Shown: positions 40,225-54,200, counted from the first letter of the stretch. The stretch is 64,000 nt of DNA from Utricularia gibba (GCA_002189035.1 CM007992.1:744001-808000), one strand, 5' to 3'. Made by a program: numbers and translations. The notes: generated from the letters alone by a model not told the origin.

Positions 40225-41560
40225 AATGCACGCGTCCTCTGGTAATCTGCTCATCTCAGCGAGTGTTTTTGCTTGAAGTCTAGAGCAGGCTTCAAGCTCT
40301 GTACTTTTTTTTTTTTTTTTTACTGGACTGGCCTTCTCTCCATCTGAATCCCCTTCTCATACAATAACTGTAAATTATTCATGTTCTCTACTCATCATCA
40401 TCATCCTCAAAATTCCCCAATGAGCTAAAAGTTCATGTCAATCCACCCCACAAATCGAATCAAAGTCAAAAAGCACTAACGATAGTGATCTCCTTATTGA
40501 CAAGCATAAACACCAGTCTATTATTCTTTTCCATGGGATCCAAGTTGTTGGGTTTGAAAGTGAATGGCGAGACGAGCATTTACCACAAGCGTGGGTCATT
40601 TTGGACTCATCTGACCATCATACACCTTTCTTGCAAGTTCAACAAGAAATGTGAGATCAGAGTTTTGGTAACAATATCTTTCATTAGTTACGGATGAAAA
40701 TGATGTGTTTAAATAGATGAATATTCCTAATCTTACATGATATTTTTTTCTTGTTAAAATTGAATGTAAAAATATACAATGTCATGAAAAACGAGGATGG
40801 GTGGTATTCATGGATCAACTTTGATGATCTATTGCGTGTTGGTTGTTAAGATTGCCCATAAGCACAGGCACTGCTGTATACTTTTTCATGCAACAGAGAC
40901 GGTAAATTTTGCTGTCTCGGGGGAATCCCCACCAAGATGCCAGTCAAATGGTTGTGTGATGGAAACAGCTTCAGAGTGATCCCACTTCTATTACAGGCAC
41001 AGAAAGGTGTTAATGGATTGGGTTGAAGATTAGTTGGCGCTCACTCTTCTAGGTACCTGGATCCACGCACTTACACAGCATGATGTTCTATTTTGTGGCA
41101 AGGAAGTTGGCACCCCCAATCTCTGTGCTCTCCATCTGTAAAGCATTGCACCGTGTGTTGATCTAATCTTGCATTTAGTTCATCTGTCAATTGACTTAGC
41201 ATGTGTGATGCCTGACTCTTGGATTGTACAGCAGAGTGTTGGCACCACAAGCATGTTCTCTGGGGAAAACAGTTGGTTGCAACTGTATAATACACACGAG
41301 AGCAGATGCAGATGCTGCTGCAGTAATCCATTGATTGCATGTTGTGTGCAGCCTTTGTTTTGCAGTGAAAAAGGAAGTTGTGGGATAGAAGAGAGTGATG
41401 ACATGGGGGGGATTCTGAATTACTCGTACAAACAGATCATGATCAGCTCACGCACGCATACTCCTACCTCTTACAAAAAGAATGAGTCAGACTAATGCGA
41501 GGTGCATCCATCTAATTTCTGGGATCAATTTTCGGAGGAGAAAACCAGATTGTGTCTTGT

Positions 41561-43293
41561 TCAGACATCATTTGCGACCTCAGCTGAATCTGATCCCTTG
41601 AAATGCTCAGCAGCCTTGCGCCTCTTGATGATGTGCCCGGCAGCTTTGGCTCCTCGAATGCTACTGACGTTCCCAAAGATGAGAACAGCCATCCCAACTA
41701 TCCCTGCACACACTGAAACTCCAAATGCTTTGCCGATGTTTCCAGGCATCGATGTGGCCCATGCGAATCCAGCACATGCTCCCAAGACAGTAGCCCATGA
41801 GCTCCAGGATGAAGATACGCCTTCTTTTCCTGCAGGGGTGCAGTCTAGAAGTAGAACAACTCCAAATGAGTGCAGCAAACCTGTCAAGGGAAGTAAAGAA
41901 TTGATCTTTGGTTATAGTTGCATTTCCATGACAGATGTGTGCTATGAGTTGGTAAGAAGAGAACCTGCTGAGGTGCCTTGAATGGCTGAAAATAAGAATA
42001 CCAGGCAAGCACTCCAGGTGCTTTCTCTGTAGTAAACACCACAGCCTGAAGTTAAGGTAGATAGTATGAAGGCTATAAGCTGCATTTTTTCTGCATCAAA
42101 CTTTGTGATTTGCTGTAGGCGATGTGCCAGTGGCAGAGAAAACAGAGGAACCATGAAATAGATCAGCCACAGAAACAGAATGTTGTGCGTTTTCATGCAC
42201 AGATATCCTAGAGCATAAAGCATTGTTGATCCAAAAATGCACATTGTCATAAACGAAGAAAGGAAAATCAGGGAGACACTTGCAGCTGCTAGTGGGGATC
42301 TGAAAATGGAGAGAATATGAGCGACGGGACCTGAGTCTTCCAGTGAATCTGGGCAAACCCCAGAACCTCTAATTGCGCTGAAAATGTGGACCAATCCCAG
42401 TGCCCACAGCAAGCCACTGAATATGGAAACTACCCATAAAGCAGTGAAATGGTCAGAGTGACTCAACATATGATATGTGAATGACGCCATTATAGCAGCT
42501 CCAAAGCAACCGGCTGCAGTTGAGTAAAGGGAAAGTTTACTTCCAATCGATCTTCGGCAAGAAAACTGGCTTTTGGGGATTTTGGAGCCTGTGAAACCGC
42601 GGATCAGTAGTCCCAAGTGGCGGCTACTCCAAGCTCCGGTCACAGTAATGGTGGCTACAATGACAGCCAAGTAGAGCACAAAGACACCAGATTTCCTGAA
42701 AAACCCAACTGGGAGACAGAATATAGCACCGATTCCGGTGGCTACAGCGGCTATAAGCTGCTGACCATGGCCATGGTCGAGAGTGAAGGAAACGAAGCCT
42801 AGAATTGGTGTTGCAAGAACTATTCCTGTAATCCAAGAAATGGAAGTCCATTCCAGTGGGGAGAAACTTCTTCCACCAACTCTGACATCCCGATACACTA
42901 GTCCAAAGTAACTGTTTTCACACAAGCACAACAAGCTAATAAGAAAGAAGTGGCCTTGAAACGAAAATGAAAACAGGGCAACTTACAGCTGCATTTCTTT
43001 CTGGGGGCATTTCAAATCCTTGAAGCTTTCAAGCCAACCCTGTGGGGGCTCTGGCAGATCTAGGCTAGTTTGGCTGATGATGAGTGGGAACACAATGGGA
43101 ACGAGAACTGTCAGCACGAAGTAGGAGCAGAACCCAAAAAAATACCAGGTACAGAATTCCCCTTTGTGGGTTTATCTTCAATCCCATCGTATGTTCCACA
43201 CACCTCTCTTTCCTTCTGGGTTTTTCCATAGATGGATTCATCTTCTCCCCCTTCCTTGGACTTATCTTGGATCTGAGAACTGATTTCTGCCAT
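41561..43293 (-). CDS. Major facilitator superfamily transporter (ATG22/UMF1-like); apparent 1-bp frameshift at 43159-43162
   Basis: Many hydrophobic helices in ORFs 41942-42934 and 41561-41887. N-terminal WYFSGFCSYFVLTVLVPIVFPLIISQ and late VLLLDCTPAGKEG motifs. The first-exon frame shifts after DKPTKG. Confidence 0.75.
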
Positions 43294-44668
43294 TCACAGG
43301 TGAAAGATGCAAGTATTCTCCAAACAGAAGATGCAGCAACAGGAGCCTCGCTAACTGGAATCCAAAAAAAGCTCAAGCTCTGAACTTGTAAGTTGGAACT
43401 TTGTTTTTGAACTCCTGAGGTACTTCTAAAGAGGGATGCAAAAGAAAGCTGAAAACTACAGAGGGTGAGCTATCTCCTCGATTTCTGAGCAAAAGACTCA
43501 CAAACCAAAATATGGTTGGCTCGCTATCATCTCTTTGTTTGTTCTGGCTCCAGGCCTGAGAGGGGTTTTGGGAAAAACACTCTCAAGGTTCCTACTGCCA
43601 CGGCTATGCGCGCGAGGAATCTGAACTCCACCCTCACCTTCCTCTGTTACAAAATGTTGAACCCGGTATTTGTAGAAAGCCTGAACCGCATTCCACAAGC
43701 AGCCTCGAAACACGTGACCGGCCGTTGAATGACATGTATTGTCCCTTTCATGTTACTATTCACAATTACAACTTCTACTGAAGGAAAAAAAGAATTCTAT
43801 CCAAGTCCAAAGGCCAAGAATCAAAATGTCCCTATGGTATGCCATGTGGGCCTTTCGTAGTTGACTGTCTATCTGTACTGCAGGGAACTTTGAGAGGTTG
43901 CCTGCTGCCCTGTCTAGTGTATTAAGCTGCTGGCTTCCTTCTTAGCAACTTAGTACCATATAACCTCCTGCCATTCATGTTTCACTGATGATCTGAGCTT
44001 CTCCTAACAAATCTAAATAACTGCAGGTTTCAAAAGGATTCCTTGGAAGTGTAAAAGAGAACACTTGCTGTCTGTCTTTAAGTGGGAGAGGCAAGAGATT
44101 CAAATATATGCATACTTATGGATATGTGTTGTTCTTGCATATGAATGCCTGAATTTAGTTGCTTAGATGCAGTGCATCTGTGTACACTGGTAGTAAAACA
44201 ACATTCCAAGGAGCTGTGTGCTTTTCCATGGTCCATTAGCTGCTGCTGCTGCTTCATAAATGTACTGCTCTGTAAAATTTTAGAAAGATTTTGTGTGACC
44301 AGCTGAAGATGCAGAGAGGAAATTGAATGAATGCAACTCCCCGAGGATGCAGGGAGAAAATTGAGCTCCACGGACGGGTCTGCAGCTGCTGCATCTGAAT
44401 CAGTGGACTGGAAAGCGTACGAATGAGGTTTGGTCAAAAAAGAGCCGTACTCTGATTCCATGACCAGCAGCTTTTTACTCTCAAGACTGTGTGTTAAAAA
44501 TTATTAATATCGCTGTTGTTGTTTGACATCCATGGCACTGAATCTTGCTCCTGTTCTTCATTTCACATTGTTTCCTCTTTTTCTCTACATTGATTACAAG
44601 ATAGAGTTCCTGCTTCAGCCAACCACCATACACAATACAAACGCTGATATCTCTCCTCTGGATCATCA

Positions 44669-46522
44669 TCATGCCTTGGCAGCTTCCAATGTAGAAGCTG
44701 AGTTTCTTGCAGCAGAGATCTGCTCAAACAGATCCCTGATTTTCAGACCAATGATTGTCTGAAACAGCCCTGTTCCATTGTTGCTACCTGGAAAATCTGC
44801 ATGCTTCAGCATCTGCTGCGTCACCTCACCATAAAACTTGGTGGAAAGGTTACTCAGGTGGCTCTCCACATAAATCAGCTCATCCAATCTGTCAAACTGC
44901 CCATCCATCTCCACCACAGAAACCTGTACAAGAAAAGCAGAACTTGAGAACAGTGGAATTTGGATGTCTGGATCGAGGATGGATGGACCCAAGCTCACCT
45001 CATGGTCGAAGTAAGTATCTGGGCCGTAGCCAAATTTGATTCCAGGGTAGGAGCAAGTGAGTTTTCTCCCACAGGGGATCCATGAGATTGTGGAGCCTTC
45101 ATCAAAAAGGTAGACAGTGTTGAAGTATTGGACACCCTCTTTCATGATCAGCCTCACTCTCAGAACCTTGCCCTCATTGTCATCTGGGATCAGCTGCGTT
45201 GGTAGCACTTCTATAACTGCATCTGCGTACTGCTTCTGAGGATCTGCACGCAGAAATCACGTTCATCTTCCAACTGTGATCACTTCGAAATGATGAAGAA
45301 GAAGAAGACGAAGAGGAAGAGGAGGAGGAGGTTGCTACCGATATAGGCATCGAAATCAGGCTTCCGGGCTTCAATGCTGGCCTTGATACTCTCCAAGCTG
45401 TGTCCCCTTTCAGCCATGTCTCTCTGTGGTACCAGGAAACAAAAGAGTTCATGGCAGGAACAGACACCAGTTCTAATTCTAATCATGTCTCTGAAGGCCA
45501 ACCGACCTGAATCTTCCAGGCGAACTTGACTTCATTGCTGATGTCCAAATAGATACTGAAGTCCAAGAGATCTCTTACCCGGCTGTCAAACCTGTTAGAA
45601 CCAATCAAAAGTGTCAGCCCATCGGAACAATTCAAAGGCAAAACCAGTAAGAACTGAGTTGGCATACATGGGATGCAAGCCCTCTATGACCAGAATCTTG
45701 GGAGGCTTGATGAGCTCCGGCGGGTCAAGCAAACCGGTGACATGATTGTAAATAGGCTTCTCCACTGCGATCCCGTCTTTCAATGCCTTCACTTGCTCAT
45801 ACATCAGATCGAAGTTATTGGCTCTGGGGTCAAGCGCCGTCACCCCCTTCTCCTTCCTCCCTGTCACACCAAATGGACACCGTCGGCGAGAGGGTAGTTA
45901 CACTCCAATCGAAAACACAGTAAAAGGATCAATCGACCCAGTTTTCCAAGTGTCTGTCTTATAAAACCATCACTCCAGGAATGGTTGATGAACCCAGTTC
46001 ATCTGCGCTTCAAGTGTCTTATAAACGTGATGTGGGTCGGACTACAACGACATGGTGCAAAAGATTCACTAAAATGCAAAAGGATCCAATATGAAGCTTC
46101 TTGTCAGCTCATTGTCTGATTAATGCTCTAATGCAGTTTGAAAACGCGGGTTCTGACAAGACGCTTAGCATTTTTATGACACTAATAATGAGCTTACCGG
46201 TGCGATCAAGGGAGTGGTAATCGTCGAGGCAGATGACGGTAGTCGTGTCGCTTATAAGGGTGTTGGAGTCGGGGTTGCCGCCTTTCGGAGGCTCAGCAGC
46301 TCCGCCGAATACGCTGGTGAGGCGGCGCATGAACGTCGATTTTCCGCAGCCGGAATCGGCAGCGAGGCCGATGACCACAGTCTTGTCCCCGGGTGCGGCG
46401 GAGCACGATATCCGGTGCTTGTTGGCGTAGAGAAGGACATGCTTGTGCTTGTGGGTGAAACCGAAAGAGGAGCCGCAAATGGAGCTGACAGACTGAAGAG
46501 TGTACACAGAGGCGACCGCCAT
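44669..46522 (-). CDS. PRK: Phosphoribulokinase, chloroplastic (6 exons, intact)
   Basis: Transit peptide followed by VVIGLAADSGCGKSTFMRRL, ICLDDYHSLDRTG|RKEKGVTALDPRANNFDLMYEQ, RDMAERGHSLESIKASIEARKPDFDAYI and HADFPGSNNGTGLFQTI. Confidence 0.98.
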
Positions 46523-46819
46523 TTTCCTCTGCTCCTTCCCAAACCCCACTCAAGTTGACTGTAAGTAAAAAAACTAGGCAGATGAGGAAGATGAGGAAGA
46601 TGAAGATGATTATGAGTTCAGTTTATTGTTCCGGAAATGCCCTCGGTTTGTGGTGCAGTGTCATCCTCTGGGTGGTGGCAATCTGGTCATCTGAAAACTC
46701 AGTGGAAGTGTTGGAGCTGAAGTGATATGCGACGGGTGGAGGATAAAACTCCAGGAGCCATAGAGAATTCACAGAGAAATTGTTGGGATGTGATCCTCTC
46801 GGAATCCGGATGGTTAGGC

Positions 46820-46829
46820 GCCACGTGGC
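46820..46829. promoter_or_regulatory. Palindromic G-box in the PRK promoter
   Basis: GCCACGTGGC about 300 bp upstream of the PRK ATG, with GATA-type GGATAA near 46741. This is typical light-responsive architecture for Calvin-cycle genes. Confidence 0.65.
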
Positions 46830-47674
46830 AGCATCTAAGTGGCTTGCAAGAAGATGAGATGTGTGAGGACATGCAGCTCCCACAACCCGGACCCGGGTCG
46901 CCCCGCCGCCATTAATTCAATATTATTATATAAATAAAAAAAATGATAAATATATTTTTCAATAAGAAAATTGTAATAACACCTTAAGTTTTGATCAATG
47001 TAAATAATTTAATTCTTAAGTTTTAAAATTATGAAAAAAAGCACTTTAAATTATCAAAATCGTATACTAAAAATTTAAAAAAATTTCAAAATTTTTAAAA
47101 ATAAATCCTTACAGTGCATTAAATCAACTCTACTTTTAAATCAAACAAATTTTCATGTTAATTTTTTTTGAATTTATATATGAAATATGATGAATTGAAT
47201 GACATTTATATTAGAGTTTTATTATATTCACATTTTCTATGATTTTACAATGATTATATTACATTCACATTTCATATGATTGAAAATGATGATAATTATA
47301 TTACGTTTCAATAATGTTACAATAGTGTTAAAATCAAAATTGATGAATTTTGATAACATGAAAGATCTATAATATAATTTTATAAGTTTAGAAATAAGTT
47401 ATTTTAAAAAAACAAATTAAAAAATCTATAATGTAATTTTAAAATTTGAATTCAACCATATTAAAGTTAAATAATTAATTTAATTTTCAATTTAAAGCTA
47501 TTAATAAACTAAACCCAATTTTATTAATAAATTTAATGAATTTTATTTCAGCGCTAAATTTAGAAGCGGCACGTGATAGGGGATGATTTAATAGACGCAT
47601 TTACCAAAATTGGGTGCCGAAAAGCACCCAGCTGCCAAAAGAAGACGAAGAAGAGGTTGGAATGTTCCTCTTCC

Positions 47675-50600
47675 TCAGGAGATGGGGTCTCCCATGAAGG
47701 CATACACTCTCCTCTGGAATATTTGAGCCAACTCTATGATCTCAGATTCCCTAATCTGCTGCGTCACGCTGTTTTCTCGCCACAGCAGCTTGCTTCTCTG
47801 CGTCAGTCTGGAAGCAAACTCAACTGTCATGCTCGCCATGGGCAATGTGCTGGTTAGCGCACGCAGAACTGGACCTGCGTGCTGCGGGTGCGCCGCGAGG
47901 CGGTTAAGGAATATCAGAGCCTCACGGATGAGCAATGTTCTGGGAATCAAAGGAATGCAAACTGGTGAACTTAGAGATGGGTTTGGGGTTGGATGGAGTG
48001 GTGAAAGGAGAGCTTACAGTTCGCGGCAAATGCTGGGCTTAGAACCAGATTTGTCTTCCAGGAGATGCAAATCTGATACTAAGCCTTGCAGAATGACGGC
48101 TAGGAGACTGGTCCATGTTTCAATGCCAGGCCTGCCTGATGATCCTAGGAAGGATAGAAGGACTACAGCATGTCTTCGAAGTTTGAACTCCTGAGTATTG
48201 ATAGCACTGTTAGAGTTGATATGTAGCAGCTAAAGATGGAGGAGGAATCAAACAGAAACGAGTAATTTCTACTTGGTACTTGGCTTTCAAAGTGACTTGG
48301 CTCACCTCTTCGGAAGTACTACCATGGGATGATAGACAATCTGCAAGCCCGGTTAAGATTTCATATAATAAATGAAAAGCTGATGGGTCCTCATTTTCAT
48401 TTTCAGAACAGGGTTGTTTCCCATCCTTCTCCACACCAGAGAAGAGCAAATCTGTAACTTTAGGACCTACGCAAAACATTACACTCAATGGAATAAGCTT
48501 ATTATGAAGTAAAACTATCCAGTGTAGTATAAGGATAAACTTTCTCAAAAAAAGCCCCTGCCTGGAATTTAGGGTTCGCAATAAAGCATTATAATGTGTG
48601 CTAACCAGTTTATGATGCTTAAGAATAAGCAAACCAATAAAATCAGTTGAACTTTGAAAATCATCCTCATTGCTAACTTACAATTGCATAGCAAATATAG
48701 GGCATGAATGGCTTGGAATTGGAGAGAAAATCCAACTTGCTTCTTCAACAATTGTGACAAGCTTTTAAACGCCAATACCTTGGCAAACCTGCACCGCACT
48801 GAACTTGCATAAAATGTCGTATATGAGGGGGAAAAAAAGAGCATAACCAGTGACATAGAACTCACGCATCTCTACCATAGTAGGCTTTATGTCTCACTAG
48901 AATCAAATTCATAATTGAAGCTGCTTCAATGAGAACTCGGCTCTCTTTATTTTCAAGGGTAATTTGGCACATACATTCAAAAAGAGAAACCCAGCAGTTT
49001 ACAGGAACAGAATCTCTATACTCGTTTTCAGAGAAAACACTGTGGCCATTAGGTGTAAAAGTGTCACAGTTGGATGGTTCTGTTCCAACATGAACCTCTG
49101 CCCCGTTTTCAGAGGGCAGGCTCTCCTTCCTTGAATTTCTGCACCCAGAAAAATATGGCCTGTCAATTAGAAAAATCACTTCCACTCTCAAGCTATGGGA
49201 GTGATGTTGAAAAACTTTCAGAAAACTCAACGTAACCAGATTACACTCGCAGTACACAAAAAAAATATTAAAACATCAAATGTAGCAGCTTAATACTAAT
49301 GACCGTGCTGCAGCATTTTAAAAACTGCATTGAGCAATTGAAAAAACAAGGATGTGCCTTGAACCTTTTGAGGATTACACCTTCCATGCCAATGGAGGTA
49401 CTCAAAACTATGCGAAGAATGTGAAGAGACGCATGAACAATAACCACCTGCATCAAGAATTAAAGCATCACAAGTTCAAGAAACGGGATGAATAGGTAAT
49501 TCTAGATATTTATTGGAAAGATAGAAGTTCCATGTGACATCTACCGGTAGTTGAAAAGAAAACTAGGGAAAAATTTTTTCAACTCATTCTACTAATTTCA
49601 CTGATCTCAAGCAGGAGAAAAATAACAATACATTCCACATTCAAATGGGAAAAACAATTTATCGCTGTTGTGGTTAGATACATTTTTGAGAGAGCAAAGA
49701 GCAGACAAAGCTTCCAAGAGTTCCTCCAGCTTTGAGTCACCATTACCAATCTGAGAAAAACACAAAAGAAAAACATGGAGTACCGGTCTAAGGAAAAAAA
49801 ATCGTGGTTAAAACATGAATTCTAATTTTTGCTAAGATATCCAATGTACACCTTCAAATGTTGGGTCCAGAGATTTACAATAAAACCAAGGAAAGGATTT
49901 TCAGGGCATCAGATTGCACATCAAAATATAGTCAATCAACTCTAGTTTCTTTCTAATATGAAAAGAAAAGGAAACGTGAAATTGGTTTTTAAATAGGAAA
50001 AACATAACAAAGAATTGACATTTTCAGGACACTAAATCATATGTTACAACTACAAAACACATAGTTTGTGACGACATAAGAGAAAAAGGAAGAAAATAGG
50101 ACATATAAGTAACCACCTTGGCCAAAACAGAGTACAACCTTGACACTTTCATAGAATCTGTGGCCTGCATTGAATGCACTTTATCTGTCGCTGTTATATT
50201 TTCATTTTGAGCGTTCAGGTACCCATATAGCATATGGAATTCTGTTTCACAATTTATGTACAGTTTTGCAACTAGGGCTCTCCGCTCATTTTTCTTATCT
50301 GAATTCCACACATGAACCAACTTTTCAGATCGACAAGAAACATTTTGCACAGAAGATGGCCCAGCTTCAATGCTTTTATCAGTCTTTTCCCCTACTCTGT
50401 CACAGGCTGAAGAACAAAAACAAATGAGAGAAAGTCGCACAGGAGGATCATAAAAACGTAATTCTTCCCCTCCTCTACATGAGCAGAAGACTCGCCTACA
50501 TTTTAGGCAGGATTGAAGCTTGTTAACTGAAAGCTCTTCATTTTGAGGCACAATATCCATCCTAGGAGCTGCAGAACTATTAAAAAAATAGTTTATTTAT

Positions 50601-51715
50601 CATAAAATTGCATTCTCAAGGTTGCAGCACGATACTCATACTAAGAAACTGAATAGACAAAAATACATCTTCTCAGAGGACGGTATCAGAAACTGGAATA
50701 ATGCCTTAAACATGGAAATGGCCGTGCTCATGCCAAGAGCAAAAGGATGAAACAGTAGCAGACACATAATTGCTGGATGTAAAAGTAGCAGTAGCTAAGG
50801 CTAAACAATCATGTTGGAGAACATACATTCTTAGTAAATGATTAATACATAAGAAAAGAAAAAATATGATAACCCTTTACATTTCAGAATTGTCAATGAG
50901 ATGAAGTCCTGCATCTTTCAGGTCGACCCTAGACCGTGACTTTTGTTCTTTCAACTCCTGCTCCCTTTTGTCTCTTTCCTTTCTTAGCTCAGCGCACTCC
51001 TCCTCCTGCAGCCAGAAGCTTTAGAAAGAAAATCATGCATTTTTTTTTTTTTTACATACATAGGTACTAATTAGCCATCTCGCTGAACAAGAAAATGCTC
51101 AACCCTATCGCCATGGCAAGACCCCCTACCCATATGATGCAAAAGGGTGCTAGTGTGACAATCATGCAGGAGGCGGATGATGGAACCAATATTACAACGC
51201 TCTGATAACTCCTTAAGCTCTAACTTGATGATATGTACTTAATCCTATAATTCGATTAAGGTAATCACAGAATCCAAATACACAAGCGGCATTACAAAAA
51301 CCTTACTCGATGACTAAGCTCCTTCGAAACACGTTCAAGTTCCTTCTGCAGCACCACAAGATAAACTGCTTATCAGCAAAAACCGGATACATTCCCTCAA
51401 ACTGATAACCTCCAGCACATACACAAATACCTGAAGCTTAAGGAACTCCGGCCCCTGCTCGAAACGAGGGACATTTGGCGGAAAGCAGTCTCGAGGTGTG
51501 GCCGTGAAGCATGACACACCGTGAGTCCTCTGTGACAGTTGCCGAGGGGGAGAATAGCTTAACTCGTAGGGTATACAATGAGGCCTCGGAGGCTGCGGCG
51601 TGTCGCAGCGGAGAGATGTAGGAATCCGTGCAGAGAGCGCCTGTTCCTCCGCTTGAACAAGCTGGTCCAAAAACTCGGCGTCCCATTCCTCCCCCTCGAA
51701 ATCTTCACTCGCCAT
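47675..51715 (-). CDS. SUV2: ATR-interacting protein homolog (SENSITIVE TO UV 2), multi-exon
   Basis: N-terminal EEWDAEFLDQLVQAEEQALS and YSPPRQLSQR, a coiled-coil exon near 50880-51010, and C-terminal TLLIREALIFLNRLAAHPQH..RESEIIELAQIFQRRVYAFMG. Confidence 0.85.
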
Positions 51716-51983
51716 CGCCGCCGAACATCCGGCGCACGAATGAATAGTCACACCACCACGCCTTCCAGGCTTTTCAAGTAGAAAAAAATGCCCATTTTTT
51801 ATTTTTTTTCTAAAATTTTTAATATTCAGGATTTTTCGGGGGAATTTTTTTGGAATTTTTTTTTTTGTGGAATGGCTTCAGAATTCAGAGCGAGCAGAGC
51901 CACAAAAGCGTTAGCAATTCATTTCCATCACAAGGGAAGTTCTTTCCTCTGTCGTCTCTCTGTTTTCTCCATCTCTGCTGAGA

Positions 51984-52700
51984 ATGGCTGCCGGCGCTGC
52001 GTTTCATATGCAATCCCTTCTCTCCAAATCCCAGTTCCCCGGCGGCCAAAACAACCTCATCGTCCTCCCTCCTTCAAAAAGGAAGCTCCAGAACCCTCGC
52101 CGCAGACACGTTCCAACGGCGGCGAAATTCGATCTCTTCGAGATTCTCGGCGGCAGAGGTCTCTGCAATGGAGAACAGGGTATTCAGCAAGAGCTCACCA
52201 AACCCATCACCGATCAAGAGTCTCCATCCCTGCAACTACAACGAGTAACAAAGGAAGATGAGAAATCAGTGCCCCTTGAAGCCGCAGAGGACGCCTTTGA
52301 GAAGGAATTGTGGGGATTAACCGGTGGGTTTCCCGGTGGGGAAGTGGGGCTGGAGAAGTTCATTCAGAAAAGCGCGTCTCCTAAAAAGGGTGAAACCGAG
52401 GCAAATGTTGCAGAGTTTGTGGGGAGCTTGGCGAGGAAGCAGAAGCCGAAGCCACCGGAGTTGCCATTGCTGCTGCCCGGAATGATCGCCATAGTTACAA
52501 ATCCCAACCACCCTTTCTACATGTACTGCGGCATCGTGCAGAGGATCACCGACGGAAAGGCAGGGGTGCTCTTCGAAGGCGGAAACTGGGATCGCCTGGT
52601 CACTTTCCGGCTGGAAGAACTCGAAAGGCGCCAGAAAGGACCACCCATGGTGAATCCCAGATCCGCCATACTTGAACTTGAACAGACAACCTCCTCCTGA
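51984..52700 (+). CDS. NDHS: NAD(P)H-quinone oxidoreductase subunit S, chloroplastic (intronless)
   Basis: AFEKELWGLTGGFPGGEVGLEKFI and SH3-like LLPGMIAIVTNPNHPFYMYCGIVQRITDGKAGVLFEGGNWDRLVTFRLEELERR. Confidence 0.95.
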   Translation: MAAGAAFHMQSLLSKSQFPGGQNNLIVLPPSKRKLQNPRRRHVPTAAKFDLFEILGGRGLCNGEQGIQQELTKPITDQESPSLQLQRVTKEDEKSVPLEAAEDAFEKELWGLTGGFPGGEVGLEKFIQKSASPKKGETEANVAEFVGSLARKQKPKPPELPLLLPGMIAIVTNPNHPFYMYCGIVQRITDGKAGVLFEGGNWDRLVTFRLEELERRQKGPPMVNPRSAILELEQTTSS

Positions 52701-54120
52701 ACTGCTTTGAGCAGGTTTTCATCAGAATCCAGAGTCTCTCTGTTTCTCTGCATCTTGCTTGTGTACAAATTTGTTCTCACACATGCTCACCTTTTGCCTT
52801 AAGCAGCAATCTATCCAACTTCAAATGTGGGGTATTTAGAAAATTAATCAAGATTTAATGTGCAAAAAATAATCACTTTAAATATTATTTGATTGGTGAA
52901 ATTAAATATATTTAAAAATAGAATTATATGTTTATTTTATGAATTTAAATACATTCGAAATTACGTTTATCCTCGTGTATATGAGATTATTTCAATCATA
53001 TCTTACTTTAATTTAATTTAATTTAATATCACTTTTTTTAATCTCATGCATATGTTGGATTTGTTGCATTGGTTACAATAATATATTTTATCTAAATCTT
53101 TCAATATTATACATAAATTTTGGATCAAATTTTCATAATTTGATTTATTCTTGGATTTAGAGTTATACTATTTCGAATTCATAAATTAAAGTATCTTGAT
53201 TTATCTTCAAATTAATCGTAAAAATGCTTTAAAAATTCATAAAATATACTTTTTTTCAAAAAAAGATCAAATTATTGAAACATATAAGAAATCAATATAA
53301 AACAATAAAAAATGAAATATAAGTTAAATAAAAATCATCTTTTAAAAATGATGAAAAAGCATATTTTGTAAGGAACAAAATCAATTATCAATTATTTATC
53401 CAAACTAAAATTCTTTATTAAATTTTTTTCTATTTTGTTAATTTTTTTTCCTTGTATGTCAATTAGAAATAATTGTGTCTCACTTATATTTTTGGATCTC
53501 AATCAACATTTTTATAAATATTCATATTCATGCTTTATAATAATTGATTTATGTATATTATAGAAAATTAAATTTTAAAAAAGCTACAAATAATCAGTTT
53601 GATAATACGATTAACAAAAGATTCCCTCACTAATTTAAAGTGATTAGCATTAGATTCCGTGAATAATGCTATTCCCGGTAATGTGTAACTTGCTTTTAAT
53701 ATTAATTAAAAAAGGAAAGAAAGACTAGATTTTTTTGATATGGTATGTTAATTAATTATATATTTGAATTATTCGTATTTAAATAAATATAAATTTATTA
53801 ATTATAATTAAAATTACATAATAGATGAATTTTTTAAATATATATTTAAAATAAATGAAAAAATAAATTGAATATATTATATCAATATTTTACAATTATA
53901 TATATATATTATTACAAGAGATTTGTTATTGTTTTTTATTCATTTAATTAATAAAAAAGAGCAAAAGAAATTGTAGTAAAAAAGAAGGTTGTTTAAAAAA
54001 GTTATCTTATTTTTATCTCTCAAACACCACGATCAATTTTTTACATCAATTTTGATGACCAATTTTCTAACACGTGTCCGACGTAGGCGGCGAGTGCAAA
54101 GGGCGTGGCTGAAATATCAC

Positions 54121-54200
54121 GATTAAAATATTAATTATTCAATGTAATTACGATTTACTGGGGGATTAAATATTAATTATTAAATGTAATTATGATTTAT
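54121..54200. repeat. Two-copy tandem duplication of about 44 bp upstream of CHX
   Basis: gattaaaatattaattattcaatgtaattacgattta followed by gattaaatattaattattaaatgtaattatgattta. Confidence 0.75.

Noticed and set aside
41071-41495. Cys-rich short ORFs downstream of the MFS gene
   Set aside because: No recognisable peptide-hormone or defensin pattern and no signal peptide; most likely 3' UTR or intergenic.
45290-45330. GAA/GAG microsatellite producing poly-Ser or poly-Leu/Phe ORF fragments
   Set aside because: It lies inside a PRK intron; a simple repeat only.
22198-51715. RPA1C, ASY4 and ATRIP/SUV2 as a DNA-repair/meiosis gene cluster
   Set aside because: They are interleaved with unrelated genes over 30 kb. 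Ordinary ancestral synteny explains the layout, and no shared regulatory signature is evident.
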